Positions 49,601-59,123 of a stretch of DNA of 64,000 nucleotides are shown here, piece after piece; the first letter of the stretch is position 1; every line of letters begins with the position of its first letter. A model generated the notes under the pieces. The model did not search any database. It worked only from the letters and a program-made list of their open reading frames with translations, and had not been told where the DNA came from. This DNA is from Thermoanaerobaculia bacterium (GTDB lineage: Bacteria > Acidobacteriota > Thermoanaerobaculia > UBA5066). Both the position numbers and the translations under genes were made by a program. The DNA lies in assembly GCA_963719225.1 (NCBI GenBank), contig CAVRAY010000001.1, forward strand, positions 544,001-608,000. Reading direction: 5' to 3'.

Positions 49601-51844
49601 GTGCGGCGTTTTGGCAGAGGAACCGGCCTGTGGATCGCCATGGCCGTCTGCACGGGAGCAAATCTCTCTTTCTCCCAATCTTCCTTCGATACCGACCCGT
49701 TCGCGTCGCGCTTTCGCGAGCGCGGCGGATGGGAGCCGAAATTCAAGGCGCCCGAGAAGGGCGGATCCATCCGCATCACGATCGACGCGGGGGAGCCCGG
49801 CGGCCCGCAGGGCAAGCAGACGTTCGTCGAAGAGGACCTCTTCACGGCGGACGCGCCGCCCGGCAAGTTCGTCACGATCGAATACCAGGACCTCAAGCTC
49901 ACGGCGCACAACGTGCACGGCAGCCTGAAGAAGAAGACGGTCGTGGCCGAAGGGGACGTGACGTTCGAGCAGGGACCGTCGAGCATGCGCGGCGCCCGGC
50001 TCGAGCTGGACCTCGTCGAGAAGACGGGCGTTCTCACGGACGGCCGCATGGACCTGGAGGGCGGCCTCCACCTGAAGGGAGCGACGCTCGCGAAGGTCGG
50101 GCCCCGCACGTTCTCGCTCACCGACGGCGTCGTGACCTCCTGCGAAGGCGAGAACCCCGCCTGGAAGTTCAAGGTGAAGAGCGGCACCGTGACGATCGAG
50201 GAGTTCGCGCGCCTCAAGAACGTGACGTTCTCGATGGGCGGCGTCCCGCTCCTCTACACGCCCTATCTCATCTGGCCGGCGTTGAGGGATCGGGCGTCCG
50301 GCTTCCTCATCCCCGGCCTGGGCTACAACTCGAACCGGGGCGGTTATTTCGGCATGTCGTATTACTGGGCGGTCAATCGCTCGGCGGACGCGACGTTCTC
50401 CGGCGACTTCTATACGAAGCAGTACTACGGCCTCGGTGCGGAGCTCCGGGCGCGGCCCTCCGAACGTACGCGCTTCGAAGGCACGTACTACGTCATCAAG
50501 GACCCGACGATCGACAAGTGGCGCTGGCAGACGCAGGGGACGCTCGTCTCGGATGACCTCGGTCCGAAGCTGCGCGGCGTCGTGACGTGGCTCGACCTCT
50601 CGGACCCGACTTTTTTCCAGGACTTCAACCGCAACTTCGGCCTTTCGTCCACGCGCGCGCTGAAGAGCGAGGGTTTCGTCACGTGGAGCCCCGATCCGTT
50701 CGCGCTGAACCTCCGGGTGTCGCGCGAGGAAGCTCTCGGTTACGGCTCCGGATCGGTCGTGAGCGAGCGGCTGCCCTCGCTCGAGGCCAGCCTGCGCCCG
50801 ACCCCTTTCTTCGGCCAGGCGGTCTTCGTCGAAGCGTCGGCGCAGGGCGGGATGCTGCGCACCGATCGCGGAGAAGGGCTTCCGTCCGGCGCGTACGACC
50901 GCTTCGATCTCTTTCCGAAGGTGAACGTGCCGCTGTCGCTCTTCCCGTGGCTCTCGCTCGAGAGCACGGCCGGCGTGCGGCTCACGAGCTACGGGAAGTC
51001 CCTCTCTCGGGACGGGACGAGCCTCGAGGAAGACCGGTACAACCGTGAGGCGCTCTCCACGACCGTCTCCCTGACGGGGCCCGCTTTCTCCCGCCTCTTC
51101 GACGGCAAGCTCGGGCCGTTCACCAGGTTCAAACACGTGATCGAGCCCCGCGTCACGTGGGACACGCTGACGGGCCGCGACGACTTCTCCCCGACGCCCC
51201 TCTTCGACGAAATCGACTCTCTCGTTCCCGCCAACGTGGTCCGTTATTCGCTCCTGCAGCACCTTCTCGCCAAGGGAACCGAGGGGGGCTCGCGCGAGAT
51301 CGCCTCGTTCGAGGTGGCCCGTCGTTACTTCGTGAAGCTCCCCGGCGAAGGCACGGTCGCGGGGCCGGTTCCCGACACCCAGCGCAGCTCGCCCTGGGAC
51401 TTCATCCTGCGCGTGAACGCCACGTCCGCGCTGAATCTGGACGTCCGGACGACCTGGGATTCCCACGCGAACCAGGTCACGGCGGCGAGCGTGACCGCCG
51501 TCCTGACGGGAGCCGAGCGCACCCTCGCCCTCTCCCTCTTCGACAGCCATCCGGTCTTCTTTCCCGCCCAGCTCGACCCCGGCGCCTCGGCCCAGCTGAG
51601 GGTGTCCGGGGGAATGCCGATCCTCCCGAAGCGCCTCCGGTTCGACGTGGAGGCGAACTACGACCTGACGAAGGGGAGGATGCTCGAGTCCCGCTCGCTG
51701 TTGACGCTCGAGGCAGCCTGCTTCAAGATACTCGCGGAATACCGGGATTTGCGCACCGGTAACGTGCCCTCGAGGGATTTCCGGGTGGCGCTGACCCTGA
51801 AAAACGTGGGTAGCTTTCTCGATTTCACCGGCAGCCTTCCGTGA
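49601..51844 (+). CDS. lptD: LPS-assembly protein LptD-like
   Basis: OstA-like N-terminus, TSC...PAW, GVPLLYTPY...RASGFLIP, KHVIEP beta-barrel. Start approximate. Confidence 0.85.
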   Translation: MRRFGRGTGLWIAMAVCTGANLSFSQSSFDTDPFASRFRERGGWEPKFKAPEKGGSIRITIDAGEPGGPQGKQTFVEEDLFTADAPPGKFVTIEYQDLKLTAHNVHGSLKKKTVVAEGDVTFEQGPSSMRGARLELDLVEKTGVLTDGRMDLEGGLHLKGATLAKVGPRTFSLTDGVVTSCEGENPAWKFKVKSGTVTIEEFARLKNVTFSMGGVPLLYTPYLIWPALRDRASGFLIPGLGYNSNRGGYFGMSYYWAVNRSADATFSGDFYTKQYYGLGAELRARPSERTRFEGTYYVIKDPTIDKWRWQTQGTLVSDDLGPKLRGVVTWLDLSDPTFFQDFNRNFGLSSTRALKSEGFVTWSPDPFALNLRVSREEALGYGSGSVVSERLPSLEASLRPTPFFGQAVFVEASAQGGMLRTDRGEGLPSGAYDRFDLFPKVNVPLSLFPWLSLESTAGVRLTSYGKSLSRDGTSLEEDRYNREALSTTVSLTGPAFSRLFDGKLGPFTRFKHVIEPRVTWDTLTGRDDFSPTPLFDEIDSLVPANVVRYSLLQHLLAKGTEGGSREIASFEVARRYFVKLPGEGTVAGPVPDTQRSSPWDFILRVNATSALNLDVRTTWDSHANQVTAASVTAVLTGAERTLALSLFDSHPVFFPAQLDPGASAQLRVSGGMPILPKRLRFDVEANYDLTKGRMLESRSLLTLEAACFKILAEYRDLRTGNVPSRDFRVALTLKNVGSFLDFTGSLP

Positions 51845-51891
51845 CCCTTTTCGCGGGGAGAGAGATTCCGACCGGTCGCGACACTCCCTAC

Positions 51892-53196
51892 GTGCCTCGA
51901 TTCAGGACACTCTTTCTCGTCGTGCTTCTACTCTTTCCGGCTTCCGGGTTGCGGGGCGAGGAGGCCGCGAATGCGTCCTGTGCCGGGGCCCTGGTCGTCG
52001 ATCCGGCCGCCCTTCCATGGGCCTCGGAGGGCGTGGACACGCGGGCCGTCGTGGACGACGGCAATCCCCCCGTTTTCCCCTGCTATACGAAGGGCCAGCT
52101 CACGGGCGGAGGGCAGGCGCCCCCGGCCCGCCTCGCCTGGTACTCCTTCACCCCGGCGGCCTCGGATACGTACCGGATCGACACGATCGGAACGACGCCC
52201 GCGGCCGATTACGACACGATCATCGGAATCTACGCCGGCTCCTGCGGCTCCCTCACTCCCGTCTCGGGAATCTGCCGTCAGAACGGCTTTTTTCCCGACG
52301 ATGCGCCCGGGTCTCTCCAGTCGTCGGTGACGCTGCTCCTGGAAGCGGGCACGACGTACACGATCGCCGTCGGCGGGATCGGGCAGCCGAACGGCTTCAC
52401 GGGCCAGTTCGAGCCCGCGAAGGGCGGTCTCCTCCGCCTGAACGTCTCCCGGGTGGCCGTCGGATATCCCTATGTGTACCTCCTCCCGTCGGTCGCGCGC
52501 ACCGGCGGCTTCGTCAGCGACTTCGCGGTCACGAACGTGGAAGGCGCCGACGGCCAGTTCGTCATCCAGTATCTCGGGCACGGGAACGACGGAGATCAGA
52601 ACGTGCCGGCGCAGCAGCCGTCGGCGAGCCCGCTGCGGCTCGCGCCGTACGGATCGCGCGAGATTCCGGACGTTCTGGGTTCGCTCTTCTCGATTTCCTC
52701 GGATTTCGGCGCCCTTCTGGTCAAGTCCACGAATCGGCTGCTCATCGGCGCGCGGACGTCGTCGCCCGCCCCCGGGGGAGCGGGCACGTTCGGGCAGTTC
52801 ACCGAGGCGGTGGACGTGTCTTCCGGCGCTTCTCCGAGCCCGGCGCTCGCATTCGGTGAGACGGGGCGGTTCGTCGCCGTCCGGGAAGATGCGTCCGCGC
52901 GGACGAATCTCGTGCTCGTGAACACGTCGATGTCGCCCTGCGCCGTACAGTCCGCCGTCCTGGACGCCGGCGGGATACCGCTGGGCCCTGTGCGGACGTT
53001 CACGGTTCCGCCGCACACGATGATCCAGAAGAACCGGCTCAAGGAGACGTTCGGGATCGCCGGGGACGTTCGCGCGGCCACCGTCCTCGTCCGGAACGTC
53101 ACGGCGGGCTGCTCCGTGGCCGGGACCGCCTACGTGGTCGACGGGAACACGGCGACCGGCACGAACGACCCCTTCGCGGTGCCGCTTCGCAAGTAG
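51892..53196 (+). CDS. Secreted hypothetical protein (PPC-like domain plus C-terminal beta domains)
   Basis: Signal peptide; WYSFTP...YRIDT...DYDT; ARTNLVLVN; TNDP end. Alternative start at 51841. Confidence 0.7.
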   Translation: MPRFRTLFLVVLLLFPASGLRGEEAANASCAGALVVDPAALPWASEGVDTRAVVDDGNPPVFPCYTKGQLTGGGQAPPARLAWYSFTPAASDTYRIDTIGTTPAADYDTIIGIYAGSCGSLTPVSGICRQNGFFPDDAPGSLQSSVTLLLEAGTTYTIAVGGIGQPNGFTGQFEPAKGGLLRLNVSRVAVGYPYVYLLPSVARTGGFVSDFAVTNVEGADGQFVIQYLGHGNDGDQNVPAQQPSASPLRLAPYGSREIPDVLGSLFSISSDFGALLVKSTNRLLIGARTSSPAPGGAGTFGQFTEAVDVSSGASPSPALAFGETGRFVAVREDASARTNLVLVNTSMSPCAVQSAVLDAGGIPLGPVRTFTVPPHTMIQKNRLKETFGIAGDVRAATVLVRNVTAGCSVAGTAYVVDGNTATGTNDPFAVPLRK

Positions 53197-53227
53197 CGGG
53201 CGCGGCCCCGTGTAGACTTCCCCGTTC

Positions 53228-54085
53228 GTGCAGACGGTCATCCTCGGAGCCGGCGGAATGCTCGGGCGGGCGCTGGGACGCGAGTTCCCGGAGGCCGAGC
53301 GCTTCACACGCGCGGCCCTGGACATCACCGACGCCACCGCGCTTCGCGCGGCCCTGACCCCCGACACGCGCCTCGTTCTGAACGCGGCTGCCGACACGCG
53401 CGTCGACGCCGCCGAGACCGACCCGCACCACGTCATGGTCAACGTCGTCGCGGTGGGGGCGCTCGCCGCTCTCTGCCGCAAACTCGATGCGACGCTCGTG
53501 CACGTCTCGACCGACTACGTCTTCTCGGGGAAGGGAATCCGTCCCTACCGTGAGGATGACCCCGTCGACCCCGTGAACGCGTACGGCCGCGCCAAGCTCA
53601 TGGGGGAGCGGCGCGCGTTCGAGGAGGGCGACGAGGTGCTCGTGCTTCGAACCTCGTGGGTCTTCGGCATGGGCGGGGTGAACTTCGTGGACACGATCCT
53701 GAAGAAGGTCGAGAGCGGCGCGCGCGACCTCTCGGTCGTGAGCGACCAGGTTGCGCGGCCCGCGTACGCGGCCGACGTCGCGCACGCGATCCACCAGCTC
53801 GTCGAAAAGCGGATCACGGGCGTCGTTCACTTCGCGAATGCGGGGGAAGCGACGTGGCACGAGCTCGCCTCGGAGGCGATTGCCCGCGAGGGCCATGCGG
53901 ACGTCCGGGTGAAGGCGGTTTCGACGTCGGAGGTTCCGAGGCCCGCGCGGCGGCCGCGCTGGTCGGTTCTCGATACGTCGCTCTACGAGCGCCTCACGGG
54001 CTCCTCGCCGCGCTCGTGGCGGGAGGCTCTCGGGGATTACCTCGCCGAGCGCCGTGCCGCCGCGCCCGCGCGTCCTGTTCCATGA
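53228..54085 (+). CDS. rfbD: dTDP-4-dehydrorhamnose reductase
   Basis: GAGGMLG, HVSTDYVFSG, YGRAK, LRTSW, RPARRP. Confidence 0.92.
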   Translation: MQTVILGAGGMLGRALGREFPEAERFTRAALDITDATALRAALTPDTRLVLNAAADTRVDAAETDPHHVMVNVVAVGALAALCRKLDATLVHVSTDYVFSGKGIRPYREDDPVDPVNAYGRAKLMGERRAFEEGDEVLVLRTSWVFGMGGVNFVDTILKKVESGARDLSVVSDQVARPAYAADVAHAIHQLVEKRITGVVHFANAGEATWHELASEAIAREGHADVRVKAVSTSEVPRPARRPRWSVLDTSLYERLTGSSPRSWREALGDYLAERRAAAPARPVP

Positions 54086-55422
54086 CGCTCACGAGGCCCG
54101 AGGCGGCGCGCAAGGCGCTGCACATCGGGATGGCGGGATTCGCACTGCTTCTCCGAAGTCTGACGTGGCAAGAGGCCGCCCTCGCCGCGAGTGTCGCCTT
54201 GCTTTTCAATGCGGCATTCTTCCCGCGGGTTTTGCCGCATTTTCTTAGAAGAGAAGAAAGGGCGGCGCGCTTCTCCGTCGGGATCGCGCTCTACGCGGCC
54301 ACGGTGCTCCTGCTGATCATCACCTTTCGAAGAAATCCCCCGATTGCCGCCGCCGGATGGGGATACCTGGCCTTTGGCGACGGGTTTGCCTCCCTCGTCG
54401 GCATGACGCTCGAGGGTCCCCGGCTTCCCTGGAACCGGCAAAAGACTCTCGCGGGCTTTTCCGGCTACGTCGTCTTCGGCTTTCTCGGAGCGTCTTTTCT
54501 CTTCGGATTCCTCTCCTCCCGGGTTCCTTCTTCCTCCGAGCTGATCTGTCTCCTCGCGGGAGCGCTCGCGGGAGCGGCCCTCGAGAGTCTTCCGTCCGAG
54601 CTGAACGACAACGTCCTGCCGCCGCTCGTGGGGGCCGCGGTGCTCTTTTGTCTGCTCGGAACACGCGCCGGATGGCCGGACCTGCTCGAGCCCGGAGCGC
54701 TCAGGGGCGGGCTCGTCGCGCTCGCGATCAACGTGGCGGTCGGCGTGATCACTCTCGCTCTTCATCTCGTCCGTCCGTCCGGTGCGCTCCTCGGGACTCT
54801 TTTCGGAACGGTCGTCCTCGCGTTCGGCGGCGCTCCTCTCTACCTCTCACTCTGGATCTTCTTCGGCGTCGGCACGCTCGCGACGCGGTTCCACAGGGCG
54901 CGCAAGGAAGCGATCGGGAAGGCGGAGGAAAAGGGCGGCCGGCGGGGCGCGGCGAACGTCCTCGCGAACGTGTCCGTCGCGGCGTTCTGCGCTCTCGTGG
55001 CGGGCCTCGCTCCGAGCGGCGACGTTTTCCGGCTCGCGGCGGCCGCCGCTCTCGCGACGGCCCTCATGGATACGGTCGGCACCGAGATCGGCCAGGCCGT
55101 CGCGTCTCCGACCGTCCTTCTCCCGGACTTCCGGAGAGTTCTGCCGGGAACGGACGGCGCCGTCTCCGTGGCCGGCACGCTGGCCGGCCTTGCGGCGGCC
55201 GCGGGGCTCGCGGCGGCGGGTTACGCGACGTTCCTCCTCACGGCGCGGGGCGCCGCGGCCGTGGTCGGCGCGGCCTTCCTCGGCACCGTCCTCGAGAGCC
55301 TCCTCGGACGCGCGGAAGCTCCCTGGCGCGTCTCGAACGGGCACGTCCTGAACTTCGTGAACACGCTGGCAGGAGCCGCCGCCGCGCCCCTGATCCTCCG
55401 GAGCTTCGGGAGCCTGTCGTGA
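54082..55422 (+). CDS. SEC59/phytol kinase-like domain fused to DUF92 (TMEM19/VTE6-like)
   Basis: RKALH, GDGFASLVG, PWNRQKTLAG, DNVLPP; then RRGAANVLAN, DTVGTEIG, PGTDGAVSVAGT, ESLLG, NHVLNF-like NGHVLNFVNT. Confidence 0.85.
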   Translation: MTLTRPEAARKALHIGMAGFALLLRSLTWQEAALAASVALLFNAAFFPRVLPHFLRREERAARFSVGIALYAATVLLLIITFRRNPPIAAAGWGYLAFGDGFASLVGMTLEGPRLPWNRQKTLAGFSGYVVFGFLGASFLFGFLSSRVPSSSELICLLAGALAGAALESLPSELNDNVLPPLVGAAVLFCLLGTRAGWPDLLEPGALRGGLVALAINVAVGVITLALHLVRPSGALLGTLFGTVVLAFGGAPLYLSLWIFFGVGTLATRFHRARKEAIGKAEEKGGRRGAANVLANVSVAAFCALVAGLAPSGDVFRLAAAAALATALMDTVGTEIGQAVASPTVLLPDFRRVLPGTDGAVSVAGTLAGLAAAAGLAAAGYATFLLTARGAAAVVGAAFLGTVLESLLGRAEAPWRVSNGHVLNFVNTLAGAAAAPLILRSFGSLS

Positions 55423-56402
55423 ACGTCCGCCAGGCGACGCGTCTTGCCCGCCCCTTCACGCTCCTTCCTCCGCTCCTCGGAATCCTGTCCGGCGCCGTGT
55501 GCGCGTTCGGCAGCGTCCACAACCCGGATTCCGCGCGGCGCGTGACCTGGGAGCTTCTCGCGATCGTCGCGCTGGGCTCGCTCTGCGCGTCTCTTCTCAA
55601 TGCGGCCTCGAACGTGCTCAACCAGATCACCGACCTCGAGGTGGACCGTGTCAACAAGCCCGACAGGCCGCTCGTCACGGGCGAGGTGTCCGTCGCTCAG
55701 GCGTGGCGACTGACCCTTGTTCTCTACGTTCTCGCCCTCGTTCCGACGTGGTGGATCGTCGTGCCGGCACGACCCGGTTTCCTCGCGCGGGCCGGCGCGC
55801 CGCTCGCCGACCACCAGTGCTTCTTTCTGTTCCTCGCCGGCCTCGTGGCGACGCTGATCTATTCGAGCCCGGCGTTCGGGAGGACGAAACGCCTCGGGGT
55901 CTGGGCGAACGTGACGATCGCGATTCCCCGCGGATGCCTCCTCAAGGTCGCGGGCTGGACGCTCGTGGCGTCCGCGTTTTCCTGGGAGCCCTGGGCGATC
56001 GGCTCGATCTTCGGGCTCTTTCTCCTCGGCGCCTCCTCCACGAAGGACTTCTCCGACGCCGAGGGAGACCGGGCGGGCGGCTGCAACACGCTCCCCGTGA
56101 AGTACGGGAACCGCAAGGCCGTGGCGATCATCTCGCCCTTCTTCATCCTGCCGTGGCTGCTGCTGCCGGTTCTCGCGCGAACCCCCGACCCTGCGGCACC
56201 GTCGCACCGCCTCCTGAGCGGCAACCCGGCTCTCCTGACGGCGCTCGGCCTGATCCTCGCCGCCTGGGGCGCCTGGACGGTCCACCTCTTGAGGAGGAAT
56301 CCCGACGAGCTCGCCACGACGGAGAACCACCCGTCGTGGACTCACATGTATCTCATGCTCATGCTGGCGCAAATCGGCTTCGCGGCGGCTTACCTCCTGT
56401 GA
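55419..56402 (+). CDS. UbiA-superfamily prenyltransferase (HPT/HST/DGGGPS-like)
   Basis: RPFT, NQITDLEVDRVNKPDRPLVTG, IYSSP, KDFSDAEGD. Confidence 0.88.
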   Translation: MNVRQATRLARPFTLLPPLLGILSGAVCAFGSVHNPDSARRVTWELLAIVALGSLCASLLNAASNVLNQITDLEVDRVNKPDRPLVTGEVSVAQAWRLTLVLYVLALVPTWWIVVPARPGFLARAGAPLADHQCFFLFLAGLVATLIYSSPAFGRTKRLGVWANVTIAIPRGCLLKVAGWTLVASAFSWEPWAIGSIFGLFLLGASSTKDFSDAEGDRAGGCNTLPVKYGNRKAVAIISPFFILPWLLLPVLARTPDPAAPSHRLLSGNPALLTALGLILAAWGAWTVHLLRRNPDELATTENHPSWTHMYLMLMLAQIGFAAAYLL

Positions 56403-56450
56403 CGGCGCTTTTTTGGGAACGCGGCCCGCGAGCGTAGGATGCGAAGGGCA

Positions 56451-56990
56451 ATGGCCGAGCCCGCCTATTCCATGCCCTCGCCCGATCTGCCCGCGCTCAC
56501 CGTGCGGTGGGAGGGGCTCGTCGTCGCGATCGATGCCACGACGTTGAACACGATCGCACGCAAGGCCACGCGGAAGGTGCCCGAGGTTCGGGAGATCCTC
56601 ATCGAGCCCGAGGACGGCCGGCTCGGCCTGTCCGTGCGCATCAAGAAAGGGATTCCCGTGGCTTTCAAGGGCCACCTCGAGAGCCTGCGCTTCAAGGACG
56701 GTTTCCTGGGGTTCACGATCGCCGACCTCCACGTCTTCGGCGTCGTGCCGATTCCGAACTGGGTCATCACGAAGATCGTCGATCGGCAGCCCGAGGGCCG
56801 CGCGTTCTTCTACCCCGAGGAGAGGATCGTCGTCGTGAACCTCAACGGCGTCATGCCGCCGGAGCTCTCCGTGCAGGTGAAGGAAGTCGTGTGCGAGAAC
56901 GGCGAGATGCGCTTCGTGTTCGGTCCGAGCCAGTACCGGCTGGACCGGGTCATCGAGGAGATGGGCAAGGACCCGTTCTCGGACGAGTGA
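56451..56990 (+). CDS. Hypothetical protein
   Basis: Clean ORF with typical codon usage; -10-like TAGGAT upstream. Confidence 0.7.
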   Translation: MAEPAYSMPSPDLPALTVRWEGLVVAIDATTLNTIARKATRKVPEVREILIEPEDGRLGLSVRIKKGIPVAFKGHLESLRFKDGFLGFTIADLHVFGVVPIPNWVITKIVDRQPEGRAFFYPEERIVVVNLNGVMPPELSVQVKEVVCENGEMRFVFGPSQYRLDRVIEEMGKDPFSDE

Positions 56991-57017
56991 CGCGGGACGC
57001 GCGGCTCGAAACGCGCT

Positions 57018-57605
57018 CTAGTCGATCCAGATCTTCACGTGCGCGTCGGGGGCGGTGATCTCCACGAGGTCGCCGCGCTCGGCGTGCCGGAGCTGGGCGA
57101 CGAGGGCGTCCACGTCGAGGTTGCGGTCGTCCGTCGAGACGGAGTCCACGATGCGCCACGGCATTCGGAGGGTCACGAGCTCCTCCGGGTGGTCGTTCTT
57201 TCGGACCTCCAGGGTCACCTGATCGCCCTCCTTCTTGACGTGGATCTCGGCGTCGTCATGCGTCCGCACGACGTCCGTGCCGTCCGGCTTGTCCTTCAGC
57301 TCCTGCACGATCGTGCGGATGTCGCTCGCGTCCACCGATTGGTCGAAGTGAAGTTCCATCTCGCGCCGCACCTTTCCGAGAGAGGCGAAGCGCAGCGCGC
57401 CCGAGACGAAGGAATAGGGAACCGCGAAGGACACCCGGGGCCGGTCGTGCCGGAGATCCTGGACCTGCATCCTGAGGAAGCGGGGGCCGCGGACGCTCCG
57501 GCTCGCGTGACCGGGCACGATCGCCGAGTAGGCGAGAAGGAACAGAGCGAACAGGAACAGGGCGTTGACGACGGATCGAAGCTCTCTTCCAACTGGCTGG
57601 CTCAC
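57018..57605 (-). CDS. Hypothetical exported/membrane-anchored protein
   Basis: N-terminal hydrophobic segment, typical codon usage. Confidence 0.7.
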   Translation of the reverse strand: MSQPVGRELRSVVNALFLFALFLLAYSAIVPGHASRSVRGPRFLRMQVQDLRHDRPRVSFAVPYSFVSGALRFASLGKVRREMELHFDQSVDASDIRTIVQELKDKPDGTDVVRTHDDAEIHVKKEGDQVTLEVRKNDHPEELVTLRMPWRIVDSVSTDDRNLDVDALVAQLRHAERGDLVEITAPDAHVKIWID

Positions 57606-57671
57606 GAGGACCTCCGGCTTCCAGAAAGGGAAACGAGGAAGGGCGGAAAAAGGTTCCGCCGTCCTCCGGCA

Positions 57672-57700
57672 TGGACATTCCCCCCCGCCGATGCTAGCTT
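57672..57700 (+). promoter_or_regulatory. Sigma-70-type promoter of the ferredoxin/bc operon
   Basis: TGGACA-N17-TAGCTT with an extended TG. Confidence 0.5.
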
Positions 57701-57718
57701 TTCCTCGAAGGGCGGGCC

Positions 57719-58168
57719 ATGCCTCACTTCATTCACGACACGTGCATCGGATGCGGGGTCTGCGAGATCAAGTGCCCGACGCATACGATCACGGGCGGCA
57801 AGAACGAGAAGTTCATCATCCACCAGGACCGGTGCATCGACTGCTCCGTGTGCGCGGTCTACTGCCCGGTCTCGTGCATCCAGGACCAGCACGGCGACCT
57901 CATCCAGAAGGTCAAGCCGAAGGACATCCCGAAGGCCATCGTGGACCGCGAGCTCTGCACGGCATGCGAGTTCTGCATCGACATCTGCCCGTTCGACTGC
58001 ATCCACCTCGTGGCCGACCCCCTCGCCCCGAACCTCCATTACAAGGTGGCCGAGGTGGACGCCGCCCCGTGCGTGTCCTGCCGTCTCTGCGAGACGGTCT
58101 GCGACAAGGACGCCATTTACGTCCCGAACCCGGTCACGCAGGCGAAACAGTACCTGCCGGTCCTGTAA
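57719..58168 (+). CDS. Polyferredoxin (four 4Fe-4S motifs)
   Basis: CIGCGVCEIKCP, CIDCSVCAVYCP, CTACEFCIDICP, CVSCRLCETVC. Confidence 0.93.
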   Translation: MPHFIHDTCIGCGVCEIKCPTHTITGGKNEKFIIHQDRCIDCSVCAVYCPVSCIQDQHGDLIQKVKPKDIPKAIVDRELCTACEFCIDICPFDCIHLVADPLAPNLHYKVAEVDAAPCVSCRLCETVCDKDAIYVPNPVTQAKQYLPVL

Positions 58169-59071
58169 TTGACCGAAGCCCCTCCTTCCGAAACAGAAGA
58201 ATCCACCGTCCCGACACCCGCCGGGCGGCTGCTCGTCCAGTTCTTCGTCATCCCGCTGTTCGTCGTCGGCGTGGCGGTCTTCGTCTTCTGGCTCTTCGGC
58301 GCCATCGCCGTCGACAGGAAGAATGCGGCGGAGCTCCTGAGCGACGTGCGCACGGGGAGCCGGAACCAGCGCTGGCAGTCGGCCTTCGAGCTCACGAAAA
58401 AGCTGCCTGCTCTCACCGATCCGAAGGAGCGCGCGGCCTTCTCGGCTGCGGCGCTGCGCGCTTACGAGGGCGCCGAGAACGACGACCCGCGCGTGCGGCG
58501 GTACCTGACCCTCGTCCTCGGACGCCTCGGGGACCCGCGGGCCGTTCCGCTCCTCGAGAAGGCGCTCGACGACAAGGACCCCGAGACGCGCCTGTACGCT
58601 CTGTGGGCGCTCGCTCTCGTCGGAGATCCCGCCTCGGCGCCCCGCGTGCGCGGGCTGCTCGAATCCGAAGACCCCGGAATCCGCAAGACGGCGGCCTACG
58701 CGCTCGGGCGCATGGAAGACGGCGAGGCGATCCCCGCGCTGAAGAAGCTCCTCGCCGATTCCGTCACGGACGTCCGCTGGAACGCGGCGCTCGCCCTCGC
58801 GACGCTGGACGACTCCGCCGGTCGCGACGTCCTCGTCGGCATGTGCGACCGCGAGCGGCTGCGGTCGACGCCCGGCCTCTCCGCGGACCAGCAGGAGGAC
58901 GCGCTCCTCAACGGCCTGCGCGGCCTCGTGCTCCTGCACGACCCCGCGACGAAGACGCTCGGCGGGAAGATGGCCGATGCGGATCCCTCGCTGCGCGTGC
59001 GGCGCGAGGCGAAAAAGATCCTCCTCGGAGAGAAGGCGACCGCGCCACCGCGGCCGAAAGGCGCGCCTTGA
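58169..59071 (+). CDS. Membrane-anchored HEAT-repeat protein
   Basis: N-terminal TM (FFVIPLFVVG) followed by HEAT/PBS-lyase repeats. Confidence 0.85.
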   Translation: MTEAPPSETEESTVPTPAGRLLVQFFVIPLFVVGVAVFVFWLFGAIAVDRKNAAELLSDVRTGSRNQRWQSAFELTKKLPALTDPKERAAFSAAALRAYEGAENDDPRVRRYLTLVLGRLGDPRAVPLLEKALDDKDPETRLYALWALALVGDPASAPRVRGLLESEDPGIRKTAAYALGRMEDGEAIPALKKLLADSVTDVRWNAALALATLDDSAGRDVLVGMCDRERLRSTPGLSADQQEDALLNGLRGLVLLHDPATKTLGGKMADADPSLRVRREAKKILLGEKATAPPRPKGAP

Positions 59072-59123
59072 CGGAGCCCGGAATTTTTGAGACTTTGTCT
59101 CACGTTCTTGCTCGAGGGGGCGG

